A model generated the notes under the pieces. The model had not been told where the DNA came from. It was given only the letters and a program-made list of their open reading frames with translations, and ran no database searches. Shown in pieces: positions 38,273-51,342 of a stretch of 64,000 bases of DNA. A program made the position numbers and the translations under genes. The stretch comes from Puccinia triticina. Taxonomy: Eukaryota. Each line of letters begins with the position of its first letter. Positions within the stretch are counted from its first letter, which is position 1. Location: NCBI GenBank assembly GCA_026914245.1, contig CP110439.1, positions 3,410,001-3,474,000 of the forward strand. Direction: 5' to 3'.

Positions 38273-39224
38273 TAGAGATGGCTCCGTCACACCCGGGTAC
38301 CCGCGCGGGTGCGACATCCGTACCCGCATCCGCACTTGTTGGCGGGTACCCGCCGGCCTGGGCGGGTACCCGCGCGGATACCCGCTCCTTGAAACTCATC
38401 TCGGCGACCGGAAGGGGCCCCTTTCGGTCGAAGAGGGATGACCTCGGCGACCAGAAGGAAGCCGTTCTGGTTGCAATCAGACCTCTGCGACCAGGAGGTT
38501 TCCTTCTGGTCGCCGAGGTAACTTTGACGACCAGGAGGTTTCCTTCTGGTCGCCGAGGTAACTTTGACGACCAGGAGGTTTCCTTCTGGTCGCCGAGGTA
38601 GCTTCAGCGACCAGGAGGTTAGCTTCTGGTCGCCGAGGTAACCTCGGCGACCAAGAGGTTGCCTTCTGGTTGGCGAGGTAACCTCGGCAACCAAGAGGTT
38701 GCCTTCTGGTCGGCGAGCTCTGCGACCAGGAGGTTACCTGCTGGTCGCGCGCTGAGGTTATTTGACCTCTGCGACCAGGACCATTTCCTCTCGGTCGCCG
38801 AGGTTTTACAAACTTCGTGACCAAAATAGTATCCTCCTGATCGCCGAGGTTTTGTAACCTCTGCGACCGGGATGATTTTTTCCTTCTGGTCGCCGAGATA
38901 CAGCCCCGGTGACCGGAAGGAATCCCTCCTGGTCGATGAGGTTGTGTGTCCTCGGCGACCAGGTGGGTTTTTCTGGCTGCCAAGGCTGTAAAACCTTGGC
39001 AACCGGAAGGGATCAGGCCTTCCGGTTGAAGCGGTGGGCGGGTGCGGGCGGGTGTGGGTTGAATTATCCGGGTACCCGCCCACTTTTTCCCGGAATCTCA
39101 GACATCCGCACCCGCACCCGCACCCGCACCCGCACCCGCTGGCGGGTACCCGCCGGCCGTGGCGCGTACCCGCCAGCATCCGGGATAGCAGGTACCCACA
39201 ACGGGTTCGCTGGGGCCATCCAAA
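38273..39224. mobile_element. Non-autonomous hAT element with GGTCGCCGAGGTAACCTCGGCGACC array
   Basis: TAGAGATGGC / GCCATCCAAA (degenerate); 8-bp TSD CTGTGGAC/CAATGGAC; CGGGTACCCG subterminal repeats; 40-bp internal tandem units. Confidence 0.75.
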
Positions 39225-40439
39225 CAATGGACTCCTTACCTCAACAAATTGCCTTGGTCCACCAAGACTGGGATGAGGTTATGCAAGAACTGTCACATCT
39301 CAGAGAAAAATTGATCACTCAACTCTGCAGCATTCACACTATCACCTTCAATCACCCAGCACAGTCTATGAACAGTCTGTGGAGTCAGAAGTTGAGTTGA
39401 TTCCATCTTTTTTTCACCAATTCTTGCCTCCAGTGAAATCTGAAGGTCACCAACAACTGACCACATATCTTCTTGCAGGCATCCCTCACCTTACCCATTG
39501 CACATCCCCAGTTCAATTACTTCAATGGTAAAATCATCTGGATCTCAAGTTTTGCATATCGCTTTTCTCAGTTGCTTGTGCATGTTGGCAGTCAATGCGC
39601 ATTGTCTACTATTGACTCAATAACCTCAACTTATTCTTCAATCACTCAATCCAAAAGACCGCAACTTCCCCCCACCCTCCCAGTCTCAAAGCCCCTTGCC
39701 AAGGCCTCAGCCTCTTCCATTGGGTCGCAAGCCTACTGACTTGCTCCGAAATCTCCATTTGCTTTGCCTCACTTGTCCAATCAGTCAACTCAGCCACCTC
39801 ACCGGTTGAATTTTCCTGATGCGACCCAATGATCATTCCAATCCTGCATGTATAGAGTTGCAGGAAGTCATCAAAGAAGTATTGCAATCCAAGCCTGAAG
39901 ATTCAGTTGATGAAGGCTGGAGCATCCTTTGATGAGCAAAATTTATAAGTTTGTTTGACTACGGCAAATATGTGTTTGTGTCTGTTGTTGGCGTAGGCAA
40001 TGAAGCTCTCCCAGAACATATATATGTCAGCATTGTGGTCCTTCCTGCAAACATGAGCACACCAGAGGAGGCCACCTGAGGATGTGCTTTGCAAATGAGC
40101 AATCCACCATCCCATGTCCCATCCACAATAACAATCCACAAAGGAGGCCCTGACTCTGGCAGTGACATAGGGCATCTCAAACGGATGTTTCTGACGCACA
40201 CCAGAGGAGGCCTCCTGAGGATGTTCCTGGCAATGGGTATCGGGGTTGGAGGGGGGGGGGGGGGGAACATCTGGAGGCTTCAGTTTGTTTGCTTTGTTGG
40301 AAGAAGAAACAACTTGCCTGCAAGCTCATGATGTATTTTCACGTTAATTGTCCTTTGAGCGTTGTTGAGATAACCTAGAAGTGTAAATTGCAGCGTGGAA
40401 AGTCAGCAAGGCCTTGCTGAAGCATAAGAAAAATGAAAA

Positions 40440-41010
40440 GACTCACTTGAGGAGTTGAAGGGGTTTCCAGAGGCAAGGGAGGTGTCCGAGGCGAAGTAGC
40501 AGTCTTTGAAGGTCAATGGAGGCCTGTATGGTCATCCAGGCCACTCAGGTGCATTAAAAAGCAAAAAAAGATCAAAAAACGCTCACCTCAGGCCTTGGTG
40601 GGGATTCCAGTGGCGAGGGGGGTGTCCGAGGCGATTTTGAAGGCTGTAAAGGTTAAGAGAGGCCTGGATGGTCAGCCAGGCCTCTCAAATGCATTAAAAA
40701 CTGGTCTCAACTGATCAATTGAGACCCAGACAAAAAAAAGATCAAAAAACACTCACCTCAGGCCTTGTTGGGGGTTCCAGTGGTGAGGGGGGTGTCCGAG
40801 GCAAGTTTGAAGGCTTTAAAGGTAAAGAGAGGCCTGCATGGTCAGTCAGGCCTCTCAAATGCATTAGAAACTGGTCTCAATCGATTGATCAAGACCCAGA
40901 CAAAAAAATATGAAAAAACACTCACCTGAGGCCTTGGTGGGGGTTCCAGTGACGAGGGGGGTGTCCAAGGCTGTAAAGGTTAAGAGAGGCCTGGATGGTC
41001 AGCCAGGTTG
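40440..41010 (-). repeat. ~170-bp tandem modules with exon/intron-like signals
   Basis: CTCACCT(C/G)AGGCCTTG repeated at ~40582, 40752, 40921 plus a diverged copy at ~40442. Confidence 0.8.
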
Positions 41011-41444
41011 ATTTGATCAGGTTGTTGGTTGGATGAAGTGGGATGAGCAAGCAAGCTGGGGTGTAAAGCGGTTGAGATGAGTTGATGAGCAAGCAAGCTG
41101 GGGTGTAAAGCGGTTGAGATGAGTAGTATATTTGAGTTGACTGGTTTCAAACAAAAAAAGTGTGATTTGTGTATATCAAAATCCACCTTGGTTGGGTTGG
41201 TGGAATTTGAAACCTATCAGTTAGGAATCATGGATTTGGCAATTTCTAATTGACGGGTTTGTAATGGTGGATTTCTTATATTTGATACCCCCTATTGTGC
41301 GTGTATTTTACCAAAATAGATGTATTGTTTATCAGATACAATACATGGTTTTCCAAAACTGTGTATTTGGGTGCCCAATACAATACAATACAGCATGTAT
41401 CAGGGAAAATACATGCTGTATTGTATTGAAATACATGTATTTTG

Positions 41445-42287
41445 TAGAGATGGGCACACGGAACCCGCTGGAGGCCCTTGGGTACCCGCCAGAGGATGCG
41501 AATGTCTGAGATTCCGGCAGAATCCAGCGGGTACCCGTGTATTCCGGCGGGTATCCGCTCTCCCTAGGGTATGGGAGCTGCGGCGGTTGGCAGCCATAAA
41601 GCCCTTCTATGTTGCTGTTGATCGGGGGGAGTCGCTCCCGGTCGACAGCAACATAAAGTAGCCGACCGGGATGAGTCCTTCCCGGTCAACAGGCATATGT
41701 ATTGAGCAGTTGACCAGGAGAAATCCCTCCCGGTTGACAACTAGACATACCAGTCAACCGGGAGGAATCCCTCCCGGTCAATGACTATACACACAAGTCA
41801 ACCGGGAGGAATCCCTCCCAGTCAACAGGTATGTCTAGTTGTCAACCGGGATGAGTCCTTCCCAGTCAACTCAACAGGCATATGTATCAAGCAGTCAACC
41901 GGGAGAAATCCCTCCCGGTTGACAACTAGACATACCAGTCGACCGGGAGGAATCCCTCCCAGTCGACAACTATACACACCAGTCAACCAGGAGGAATCCC
42001 TCCTGGTCAACAGTCATATATTGAGCAGTTGACCGGGAGGCGTCCCTCCTGGTCAACGGCCATATCGAGCAGCCAACCGGGAGGCGTCCCTCCTGGTTGA
42101 CAGCCATATGGAGCAGTCGGTAGGGAGAAGTGCCTCCCGGTTGACTGACATATGCAGCAGTCAACCGGTAAGCATGTTTTGAGGGGCGGGTATCCGCCCA
42201 GGCACGCGGGTACCCGCTGTCGGATGCGGATGCCAGGAAATGGCTAAAATTGGCCGCGGGTACCCGGATGCGAAGCGCCCATCTCTA
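41445..42287. mobile_element. Non-autonomous hAT-like element with GTCGACCGGGAGGAATCCCTCCCGGTCGAC array
   Basis: TIR TAGAGATGGGC / GCCCATCTCTA; CGGGTACCCG subterminal motifs; TSD poorly preserved (GTATTTTG/CCATTTGG). Confidence 0.75.
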
Positions 42288-42919
42288 CCATTTGGCCACC
42301 AGGATGCTATAGAAAAGTGGTGCCAAACTTTCACACCAGCCAAATGGGTGAAAGCTGTACTCAGGACTCACGCCAAATTTTGCCCCTGTTGAGCAAATGC
42401 AAAAGAAACTCTGAGGACAGCAGGCACAATGTTGCCGGTGTTTGAGGTTCGTGGAAGGATTGTGTGGATTGCATCAGACCAAGAGAAAAGGAAAACAAAG
42501 ATGAGAGAAGGAAAGAGACTAGATACTCACCTGAGGACAGCAGGCATGATGTTGCCGGTGTTCAAGGTTTGTGGAAGGATGGTGAAAGGGTCCTTCCACG
42601 CCTGCTGCCCCAGGTACACTAACTACAACTTGTGAAAGGTGTGGGACATACATGAGAAATGGTGGAAGCAGGAAAAAGCAAATGAAATGAAAACAACACC
42701 TGAGTGACATACTCAACAGCCCCTTAGTCCCAAGTCCCTCCTTCAGAGGCTCGCGCCGCCACTCAGAAGAGGGACTGACTAAGTTTGATAAGGGCTGACC
42801 CTAAAGATAAGGGCCTTCCTGTGGTGCCATAACGTAATCGCACCAACATTACGCGTAACGCGTAGATAACGGCAAAAATTCTGTCACGTTACCATTATCT
42901 ACGTGTTACGCGTAGCGTG

Positions 42920-44830
42920 ACTACCCTTTGTTGCAAGAAGAGTCCAATGCTCATGCAGAACCTATTTGGAGATCTCAAAGCCTTGGGAAATCAAAAAATG
43001 CTGCTCGTCAAGCTCCGCGAAATTGGCAGATTTGAAAAAACGTCAAAATCAAAACCCGCCGAGAAAATCCCGGCATCCACCGCCTTAGCAACAAACGCGC
43101 CCAATGCTAAAAAACGGAAGAAGTCTTACATCCTCATTAGATGCATAGGCAGCCACAACCCAATTGCTACTCATCCCCCAGAGGAATGCTGGACCCTAAA
43201 TCCAGGACTACTTTGCCAGAAGAAGGAAGAGGCAAAGAAGGAGAAATTAGCAGCCACTTATCTTCAAACAACGGCTAGCAACAGCGCTTAGAACTCCGTA
43301 GATATACTTCCATCTTTTGGCGCTGTTGAACATCGCAACCAAACCACCATCCTGGATTCAGGAGCAAGCAACCATATGCTCTACTCCTTAGCATACTTCG
43401 CAATCACAGAGCTGGTCAACATAGCAATAATGACCAGCAGTAGACCAGGTGAACTTCTTGCCACGGCCAGAGGAAATGCCACACTCATGCTTGAAAACGG
43501 CGGAACACTCACGCTCCAAGACGGGCTCTTTGTACCAAAACTGACCCAAAACCTAGTCTCACTAGTACAATTAATGAAGAAAAAGACCTTAGTTCAGCAA
43601 GAAACCGGTGAATTGGCAGTCAGGATTGACAACGGGAAGCCGTTCGCGGTCAACACCACCAAAGATCTCCTTGAAATCAAAGGATTGATGAATCCCAAAC
43701 TTATCAACGTCCCTCCAAGGGGGCCTGAAGGGCCCTCTGCAGGAGGGACTTACACCTAAGCGGTGAAAGTTGGCATGGCAGGGAACAAAGATTACACAAT
43801 GAAGAAAGCAGATAATGAAACTTTCAAAATGGCAGTCCCCTCCGCAACATGCAGAGCTTTCATGTACTGAAAATCAGGAGAAATAACTTGGTAAGATGAG
43901 GGAGAAATTGTGAGATTACTAAAAAAAGTGTGATTTTCTCAAAAAATCACGTTCCTCCTGTGCCAAAGATCACCGCTTGCAGGCAAGTCCCTCCTGCGGA
44001 GGGACTGTGTTAACTTCGGATGAATCCGGTGAACTTGGCAGTTGGAATGCTCACGGAGAAGGCTCATCAATCCAACTTTGAGAAATGGCACAATTGGCTG
44101 GGTCACGCCAGCTCAAACCAACTGTTGGTAGCCATCCCTGATAAAATCAACCTGAAGAGGACCCACGCCTGTGCAGCCTGCATTCAGGGCAAAGCAACTT
44201 GAACTCCTTGCAACAGACAATTCAAACCAACAATGTCTGCTCTTGAAGCAACGGTGGGCCAATACACTAACGCTATTTGTTAGTGTAGTGTATTTTAGCC
44301 AAAACCAGCTAACAATAACAACATTTTCTGTTATCTTGTTTTTTGTGTTGCTAACAATACAGGAACTTGCCCAGGAAATAGTGATGGATAACAGCAATAA
44401 CTATTATTTTATCCTGTTAGTAGCAATAAAATGCCTGTTAGTGTTGTTATTGCTGTTATTTCCTGTTATTGTTAGTATGGATACTTGTATCTGAGATAAC
44501 AAATAACATGAATTTGGGAGTCAATAAAATGGCTACACTAACAGTTATTGTCCAATAATGTTAGTGTAGTGCAGTGGCCCATTGCTGCTTGAAGTCATCC
44601 ACGGTGATCTAGTTGGACCAAGCATGCCACCAACAAACGGCGGTGCAAAATAATTCTTGACACTGGTCGACCAGCACACCGGTTAAATTCACACCACTAT
44701 CCTGAAGGAGAAAAGTCAAGCCGCTGCAGCCATCCTAGAGTTCAGGACTCTTTTCAAGAAGCAAACGGGCCTAGCTATTGAGCAACTTCTGATGGACGCT
44801 GGAGGCAAATTTTGCAACCACTCACTTGAA
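42920..44830 (+). pseudogene. Degenerate Ty1/Copia gag-protease-integrase fragment related to the element at 52283-58166
   Basis: SPMLMQNLFGDLKAL..KLREIGR (cf. RPMLMQALFADLKAL..KLRDIGR); TILDSGASNHM; FEKWHNWLGHAS; LEVIHGDLVGP; stops and small insertions. Confidence 0.85.
44265..44566. mobile_element. Small CACTA-terminus insertion in the Copia relic
   Basis: TA|CACTAAC ... GTTAGTG|TA; internal TAACA/TGTTA repeats. Confidence 0.55.
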
Positions 44831-45734
44831 AATCCTTTGATTGTGTCCAGCTGAGGGCTCCCAATCCTCCAAGATTTTGGAGGAGGGGAAAGGAAAATCC
44901 CTTCTGCCAGCTGGTAGAGAAAAAAGAAGTAATTTTAATGTTTTTAACCTGTAGTGCGCGAAGAGCTACCGCGCACTGTGGCCGGGACGTCGAGTGGACG
45001 CCCCCTGCAGTGCGCGACGAGTTTTTTGCAGTGCGCAAAGTAAATCCGTACTAAAAACCCCCCAGTTTTTCCGTGTTAAACTTACACGCAGTTTGCCAGG
45101 GCCCCGCAACTGTGCAGCGCACGCGGTTATTTTTCATTTATAAAATATGCATAGTTTTGCCCCCAGATCATCCAAGGTTTTTTCATCAACATCCTCCACC
45201 TACCACAACAAAATCTGCTCCCCAGAATCAAATAGAAACTTGACCGCACTTGTTAAACTTCAAGCAACCAGATCTTTGCCAATTCTCAACCAAAACACAC
45301 AAAAAAAATACCAAAAGTATTCTCTTTTCCAATTCTTCAGCCCCGTGGCCTCATATTTTGCAAAAAATCCCCCATTTTTTTAATATTTTCCTGCACTCTT
45401 CCTGCTCTCATCAACCTCACTATATTGGTTAGTATAGCTGGCCCACTGTTGCCTGTAGTTTATAGCAGTGGGGTGGCTTCAGAACATGAGATACATGAGA
45501 TGTGTTGCGGGTTTAATAGTATAATTCCTGTTGACCCTACTTCCTTCTCAAAAATCCTACAGGTCTAAACATTTCACTTAATGCCAAATTTGGTGTATTC
45601 TCTATTTATAGCAATGGGATGGCTTTAGAAAATGGGGTATCAGCAATGTGCATTAGTCATAATACCTACTAGTACACATCCCTTGTATATCAGTGATGCC
45701 ACCCCATTTCTGTTGCATTGAGGGCATGGAGAAT

Positions 45735-45893
45735 AGGGGGTACCAAATATAAGAAATCTACAATTAGCAAAAAATAAAATCCATCACCAATGGATCTCAA
45801 AATGAGATATGTGAAGGAAAAAGATGTTTTAAAAATGGTGGAATTTTTCAAGCCTGTCAATTACATTGGATTTGGTCATATTTGATACCCCCT
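45735..45893. mobile_element. MITE of the AGGGGGTA family (reverse orientation)
   Basis: AAT|AGGGGGTACCAAATAT ... ATATTTGATACCCCCT|AAT. Confidence 0.78.
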
Positions 45894-47093
45894 AATATAC
45901 AAAATTGGAAATTACCTGAAATTTTACTTCTGGGATGTGCAACATACAAGTTATACAGTTTGTAGATACTTTACTATTAAGAATACCACACATCCCATGT
46001 ATCTCATGTTCTGCAGCTACTCCACTGCTATGCATTGAATGGCACAAAGAATATACCCATTTCTCTGTGCCCTCAATTTTTTGTGCTCATGGGTCATGTA
46101 ACAAAAGAATTATTGAATCAGTATGTACCATGACTGGGTGTCAAAATATAAAAAATGAATGATGCATTTCTTGAGGAAAAGAATACGGACTTATTTTGCG
46201 CACTGCGGAAAACTCTTTGCGCAATGTAGGGGTCGTTGTCTGGACGTCCAGCACCCAGTGCGCGCTTCCGCCACGGCTCTTTGCGCACTGCACAAGAAGA
46301 GCTAGCTTTTCTGTGGGTTTTTCTCCATACATTGTAAAAGGTGGTAATCATCACCTCTCTGAAATTCTCTTGAGGTACTGGGGGCTCTCCTTCCAACAGA
46401 AGAAAATTATGAAATCATTAATTTAAAAAATAATACTTGGGTCCCCTTGAGGGGGTTAAAGAGCAGACACCCGAGGAAGGGGATGAACCCCGGGGGTCTC
46501 ACTCGTACATAGACGTACATACAAGGTCATCTAGCTTAACTAAGCCTCTCAAACGGAGGGTCCGGGGGACCCCGCCCAGAGGGCTCTTTGTAGGAGAGGC
46601 TTATGAATAAAGCCAATCCGAAAAAGCTTGGCTTCTTTGGATGGAATTTCCAGCGGAAATTCCTTCTGGATTTGCCAAAGCTGCGGGAACTGTGCAGATA
46701 GTATCTGCACAGTTCCCACAGGTTACGTACGTACGCTAGTCACACAACAACCCCTGCGCCCTCCATCGCCAGCAAGTGCCAGGCCCCACGACGTGGGTCT
46801 CTTTGATGGCGCCATCGCCCTCACCCCAGCCGGCCAAATCCGAACCGGATATTCCCCACGCCCAACATCAATATCAAGGCTAGCGCCCCCCCCCCCCCTC
46901 AGATTTTTTCCCTCCTCCCACCATCCGCCAATCCAATCAGACCGAGCAGGTAGCCTAGGCCTCCCAGTCAACCCATTCAGCCAGGTTAGTCACAGTTTCT
47001 TTCCTTGCCTCTCTTCAAATATTTTGGAGAGCTAAATCTCTCCTTTTGCCCGCCAAAATCCAAACCGCAGCAAATTGAGGATTCTTGGTACCA

Positions 47094-48202
47094 ATGGTTT
47101 TTGTCAAGTACGCACCGGAAGTGAAGGCGGTGGCGGTCAAGCTCATCCTCCGAGGAAAACGAAGGGAAGAGGTCAATGACCTATTGGACGCCCGAATCTC
47201 GCCTCAATCCTTCCAATGCTGGAAGGATCTATTCCTCACCACAACCAATGTGGTACGAGACCCAGCTTTGTACCTCCAACGAGGGAGGCCTTTTCAAGTT
47301 GATCCCGATCAAAGAGAACTTATGCTTGACATCCTCGTGACGGACCCAACTCTGTACTTGGATGAAATCCAGAAATGTGTTGAAGATGCGACTGGAATTC
47401 GCATCCCTCTGTCGACCATCTACAATGAACTTTGCGTCCGAATTGGACTCACTAAGAAGAAGGTTAGAACGGTCCATCCTGCCCAGTGCGAGATCAAACG
47501 GTCCGACTTCATCGGGAAGGTGGCCAATTTACCTCCTGAATTCTTGGTGTTCACAGGTGAGCTTTAATCTTATTTCGGATTTTTGTTGGCCAACTGTAAG
47601 CTGACTCTTACACAAATTGCAGATGAGCCTGCAATTTGCGTAGATGAACTACAACGTCGACGTGGCTGGGCCGTCAAAGGTACCCAAACCAAGCAAATTG
47701 AACGCACACACGACTCCCCAAGGCTCAGTCTTTTGCCTGCGGTCTCCTTGGATGGAGTCCTGGGAGTCATAGCTCAACCGGGCTCAATCCAGCGGATGGA
47801 TTTTGAGTACTTCCTTGAAGAAGTCCTTGTGAGCATCTCATTCCTTTGTGATGTACTGGCCGGAGCGACTAATTTAGATTAAAGACCCCTCAGATGCCTA
47901 CAATGAACCCTTTCCCAGGTACAAACAGTGTTTTGATCATGGATAATGCTTGCATCCATCACAACGGGCGAATTATGGACATTTGCAACAATCATCAAGT
48001 TCTGCTTATATACCTCCCGCCTTACTCGCCTGACTTCAACCCAATCGAAAAAGTTTTTTTGGTCCTCAAGAGCCACCTCCGCCGGGACCTGATTCTCACT
48101 GGGGACAAGATGGAAGATGTAGATCTAATCAAGCTTTACATTAATGAACTGGTCACCCCCGCCTTGATGGCTGCGGAGTTCTGGTCCTGTGGGTACATGT
48201 AA
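47094..48202 (+). CDS. Tc1/IS630-family DD34E transposase, 3 exons (47094-47556, 47623-47828, 47894-48202; 325 aa), frame apparently intact
   Basis: HTH region DPTLYLDEIQ; LVFT/DE; VLIMDNACIHH; YLPPYSPDFNPIE with 34 residues between the second D and E. Confidence 0.9.
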
Positions 48203-48429
48203 CTTTTGTGTTTGGTTCATTTTGTTCGGTTCTTTTTTCTCAATGTGAAACTTGTCCCTCAACTGTGTTGGGTTATTCCAATGTTTTCCTCTTGTTTTGT
48301 TCTTTTTGACCTCATTTGTCGTCTTGAATGGTGTTTTTTTCAAGTACATACATACACGGTAATTTATTTTGATTAGGAGACTCAAAAAACTGCATGGAAG
48401 CGCGGACAACATGACGCGCGCAAAGCTGA

Positions 48430-48680
48430 AAGCTGTTTTTGGTGGGACTTGGCCAAAACTCTTGCCTGTGAAGCGCCTTCAAAGTTTTTGGTGGGACTTA
48501 GCCAAAAATCCCGCCTGTGAAGCGCCTTCATTGCTGGACTTGGCCAAAAATCTCGCCTGTGAAGCGCCTTCAATGTTTTTGGTGGGACTTGGCCAAAAAT
48601 CCCGCCTGTGAAGCGCCTTCATAATTTGCCTGTCAAGCGGCTTCAGGTTATGGTGGGACTTAGCGGCTTCAGGTGTTTGT
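48430..48680. repeat. Short tandem repeats between the two convergent Tc1 genes
   Basis: GGACTTGGCCAAAAATCCCGCCTGTGAAGCGCCTTCA repeated ~4 times. Confidence 0.85.
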
Positions 48681-48994
48681 TGGACTGGGAAAACAAAAAA
48701 AAAGAAAGTGGGACTGGGGCAACACATCCCCACGCACGACACAAGTAGATCTGTTTCTTCAATCATTGCACACACTTGATTTATTCTCGACCACAACAGA
48801 TGAGATTTCTTAACAAACGCAGATTGCACACACTTCAGTTATTCTGATCAACCACAAAACATCTGAATTCCTAACAAGCCAACAGTAAAAAGGACTTTTT
48901 TTTTGTTTGGATATTTGGAGTCAATTAAGATAGAACGATAGAAAGAATAGATCTGATTCTGAAGGATGGGAACCGGGTGGGAGACCGTTGCAAC

Positions 48995-50737
48995 CTATTC
49001 CTCATACAAGTTGTCCTCATTGTTGTCGGGAGACATAGCTCTGATTCCATAGCGCCTAAACAAGCGCGGCACCCCCTCGCAAAGGTAGCGGGCCACTCCC
49101 GCGGTAAAACCCAAATGGATGAGCTGCAACTTGGTCGCCGATCTGAAATAAAGCCATTCCACGATCCCATGGAGCTCCAAGCGGAGGCGGGTGGCGCGGT
49201 CGGTAACTGGAATGTTTGCCTCACAGAGGAACTCTTCCAAGGTGATGCTTTCCAAGGCTGGACATTCAGGGACAAGAGGCGCTGGAGTGTTTGGGAAGGC
49301 CAAGAACCGAGTACTGATGGCCGAGGACATGTCTGTACCAAAGGAGCCACTGTGCCCCACTGTTGAAGGGAGAGGAGTTGCTAGATAGGCCGGATTGGTG
49401 GTTGGGTCATTCGAGGCCGGATGGGTAATTGGGTTGTACGGCGCCGGATTGGTGTTGGGGCAGGTTGGAAGAACTTTGATCTCATCCGGCTCACTAATGG
49501 TATTGCCAGATGGTGTTTGACTGACACCAACCATGACCAAGGTGGAGGAGATTGAAGAACAGAACAAGGCGACACGCTTCGCAGATTTCCCAACAGCCAG
49601 TGTGGACTCCGAACCCCTTTTGCTTGGAGGGGATATCTTCATGCTTGGTTTGAGGGCTCCTGAGGAGTTTTTTTGCGGAGATTTGATGTTCGATTGTCAT
49701 ACAAAGAGGTCCAAAGTTGGGGAGTGGTCGTAGTCAACCCCCGCTTCATTATTGACAATGGCCTTTGCCCATGCCCACAACTGCTTGAAGGGCAGGAGCA
49801 TTGTGCGCGTTGGGTCCTCTGGGCAGGTAAACACAAGCGCCTGGGACTCTTGGCCTCCAGCCGTATGAGCTACACACTTCGATTGGATTTTCGCAACCAC
49901 GGGGTTGATTGGATCTGTATTGGCTTTTGGCTGGTAGGGTGATTATCAGCATGCGGAGTTTCTTTCCTCAAGAAATTGAGGAAAGAAAGACTCACATTGG
50001 CAGCCAGGCGGCGCTGTTTGCGCTGCAGAACTGCGCGTTCCTCCGGTGGCTCATATTTCAATCTCAACGCAGTGTCGATTTGGGCTTCCTGCAGACAGCC
50101 CAAACAATTGGTAATGAGTAAGACAAGGTGAGTGGGCCAAATAATTAGTAATAAAACAAACCTTTGCGCTATCCTTCTGGTCTTTGTGGGGGTCAACCAT
50201 TGTAAGTTTGAAACCCACCTTCTTATTGGGGGCAGCAGCTGCTGCCCTGGTGAACTTGGAGAAGTTGCTCGCATTTTTGACCTGAAAGAGGTGGGAGACC
50301 CCGTAGGTGGCGTGTCTGTAGATTGATCCGTACCAAGTGATGTCGCCGAGGGCGTTTGAATCATCTAGAAACTTCGCCAGGTTCTCCTTGTTTCCACAGA
50401 TGTGGATGATGACCTGGTTTTGGAAGAGGCGCCACAATAACGCCTGGATATTGATCTCCAAGGGGCCAAGAGAGGACTTGCGAACCATCTTCATCCACTG
50501 TTTGGCTGGTTGGGCAGTGGTTCAACCCCGACTGGATGGCGGTGGTTGATAGATGGTGTTCTCAACGTAAAGGACGTAGTCAATGTGGACCGGGGTAACT
50601 TGGCCAGGCGGGGGGGCCTCTTGAACTCGGCCAGGCGGTGGGGCCTCTTGAACTCGGTCAGGCGGCGGGGCCTCTTGCATCTCGGGAATCAACAAAGATT
50701 CAGGGTTTGGGAGGTCTTCTGTTTGGTGATGATCCAT
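48995..50737 (-). pseudogene. Second (accessory/cargo) spliced gene of the Tc1-like element, unknown function
   Basis: MDHHQTEDLP..IDYVLYVE..*..WYGSIYRH..KLTMVDP / EAQIDTALRLKY / ..LWAWAKAIVNNEAGVDYDHSP..TLEEFLCEANIP..LIHLGFTAGVARYL; two GT-AG introns, stops and a frameshift. Confidence 0.7.
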
Positions 50738-51126
50738 TAATCACCGGGAAAAAAAAGGAGTCAGTTGATGACAACTGACATAACACAGCTCTGGTTTCAG
50801 CTCCAAAGCTACTCCATCTGCTGGTTCAGGGCTGGCTGGCACACAGCTCAGTGCCCATTTTGGCATAGCTGAAGCCTCTAGCTTGCAATTTTCACAAGCT
50901 GCTCCTGATCAGCTTTGTCCCAGGCAAAGCTGCTGCTCAGCCTTGGCCCAGGCCCAGCTGCCCCTCAGTCTTGGCACAGGACAAGCCACTGCTCAGCCTT
51001 TGCCTGAGCAAGAACGGGTGTTGATAAACACACACCTGTCTCCCGGAGGCACACCCTCGCCCACGCCCTTTGAAAAGGGCGTGTGGGACCGCACGCCCTT
51101 GATCAAGGGCGTGCGAGCCAAAGGGC

Positions 51127-51342
51127 ATGCACACCCCTGTATGGGCGTGCGAGGGCGTGCACACCCCCACATGGGCGTTCACGGGCGTGCACACCCCCAC
51201 ATGGGCGTTCACGGGCGTGCACGCCCCCACATGGGCGTTCACGGGCGTGCACGCCCCCACATGGGCGTTCACGGGCGTGCACGCCCCCACATGGGCGTTC
51301 ACGGGCGTGCACGCCCCCACATGGGCGTTCACGGGCGTGCAC
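51127..51342. repeat. 30-bp minisatellite
   Basis: GGGCGTTCACGGGCGTGCACGCCCCCACAT in ~7 copies. Confidence 0.95.

Larger units (their letters stand above)
37837..41293. mobile_element. ~3.5-kb member of the AGGGGGTATCAAATA/ATT-TSD family, no recognisable transposase
   Basis: ATT|AGGGGGTATCAAATATAACCAAATCCACCATTAC ... GTAATGGTGGATTTCTTATATTTGATACCCCCT|ATT. Confidence 0.78.

Noticed and set aside
42400..42730. Possible LTR remnant on the minus strand (AAGGGGC-TGTTGAG)
   Set aside because: No second boundary, TSD or partner LTR could be established.
44171..44494. 107-aa hydrophobic ORF
   Set aside because: It lies in a TAACA/TGTTA-repeat insertion within the Copia relic.
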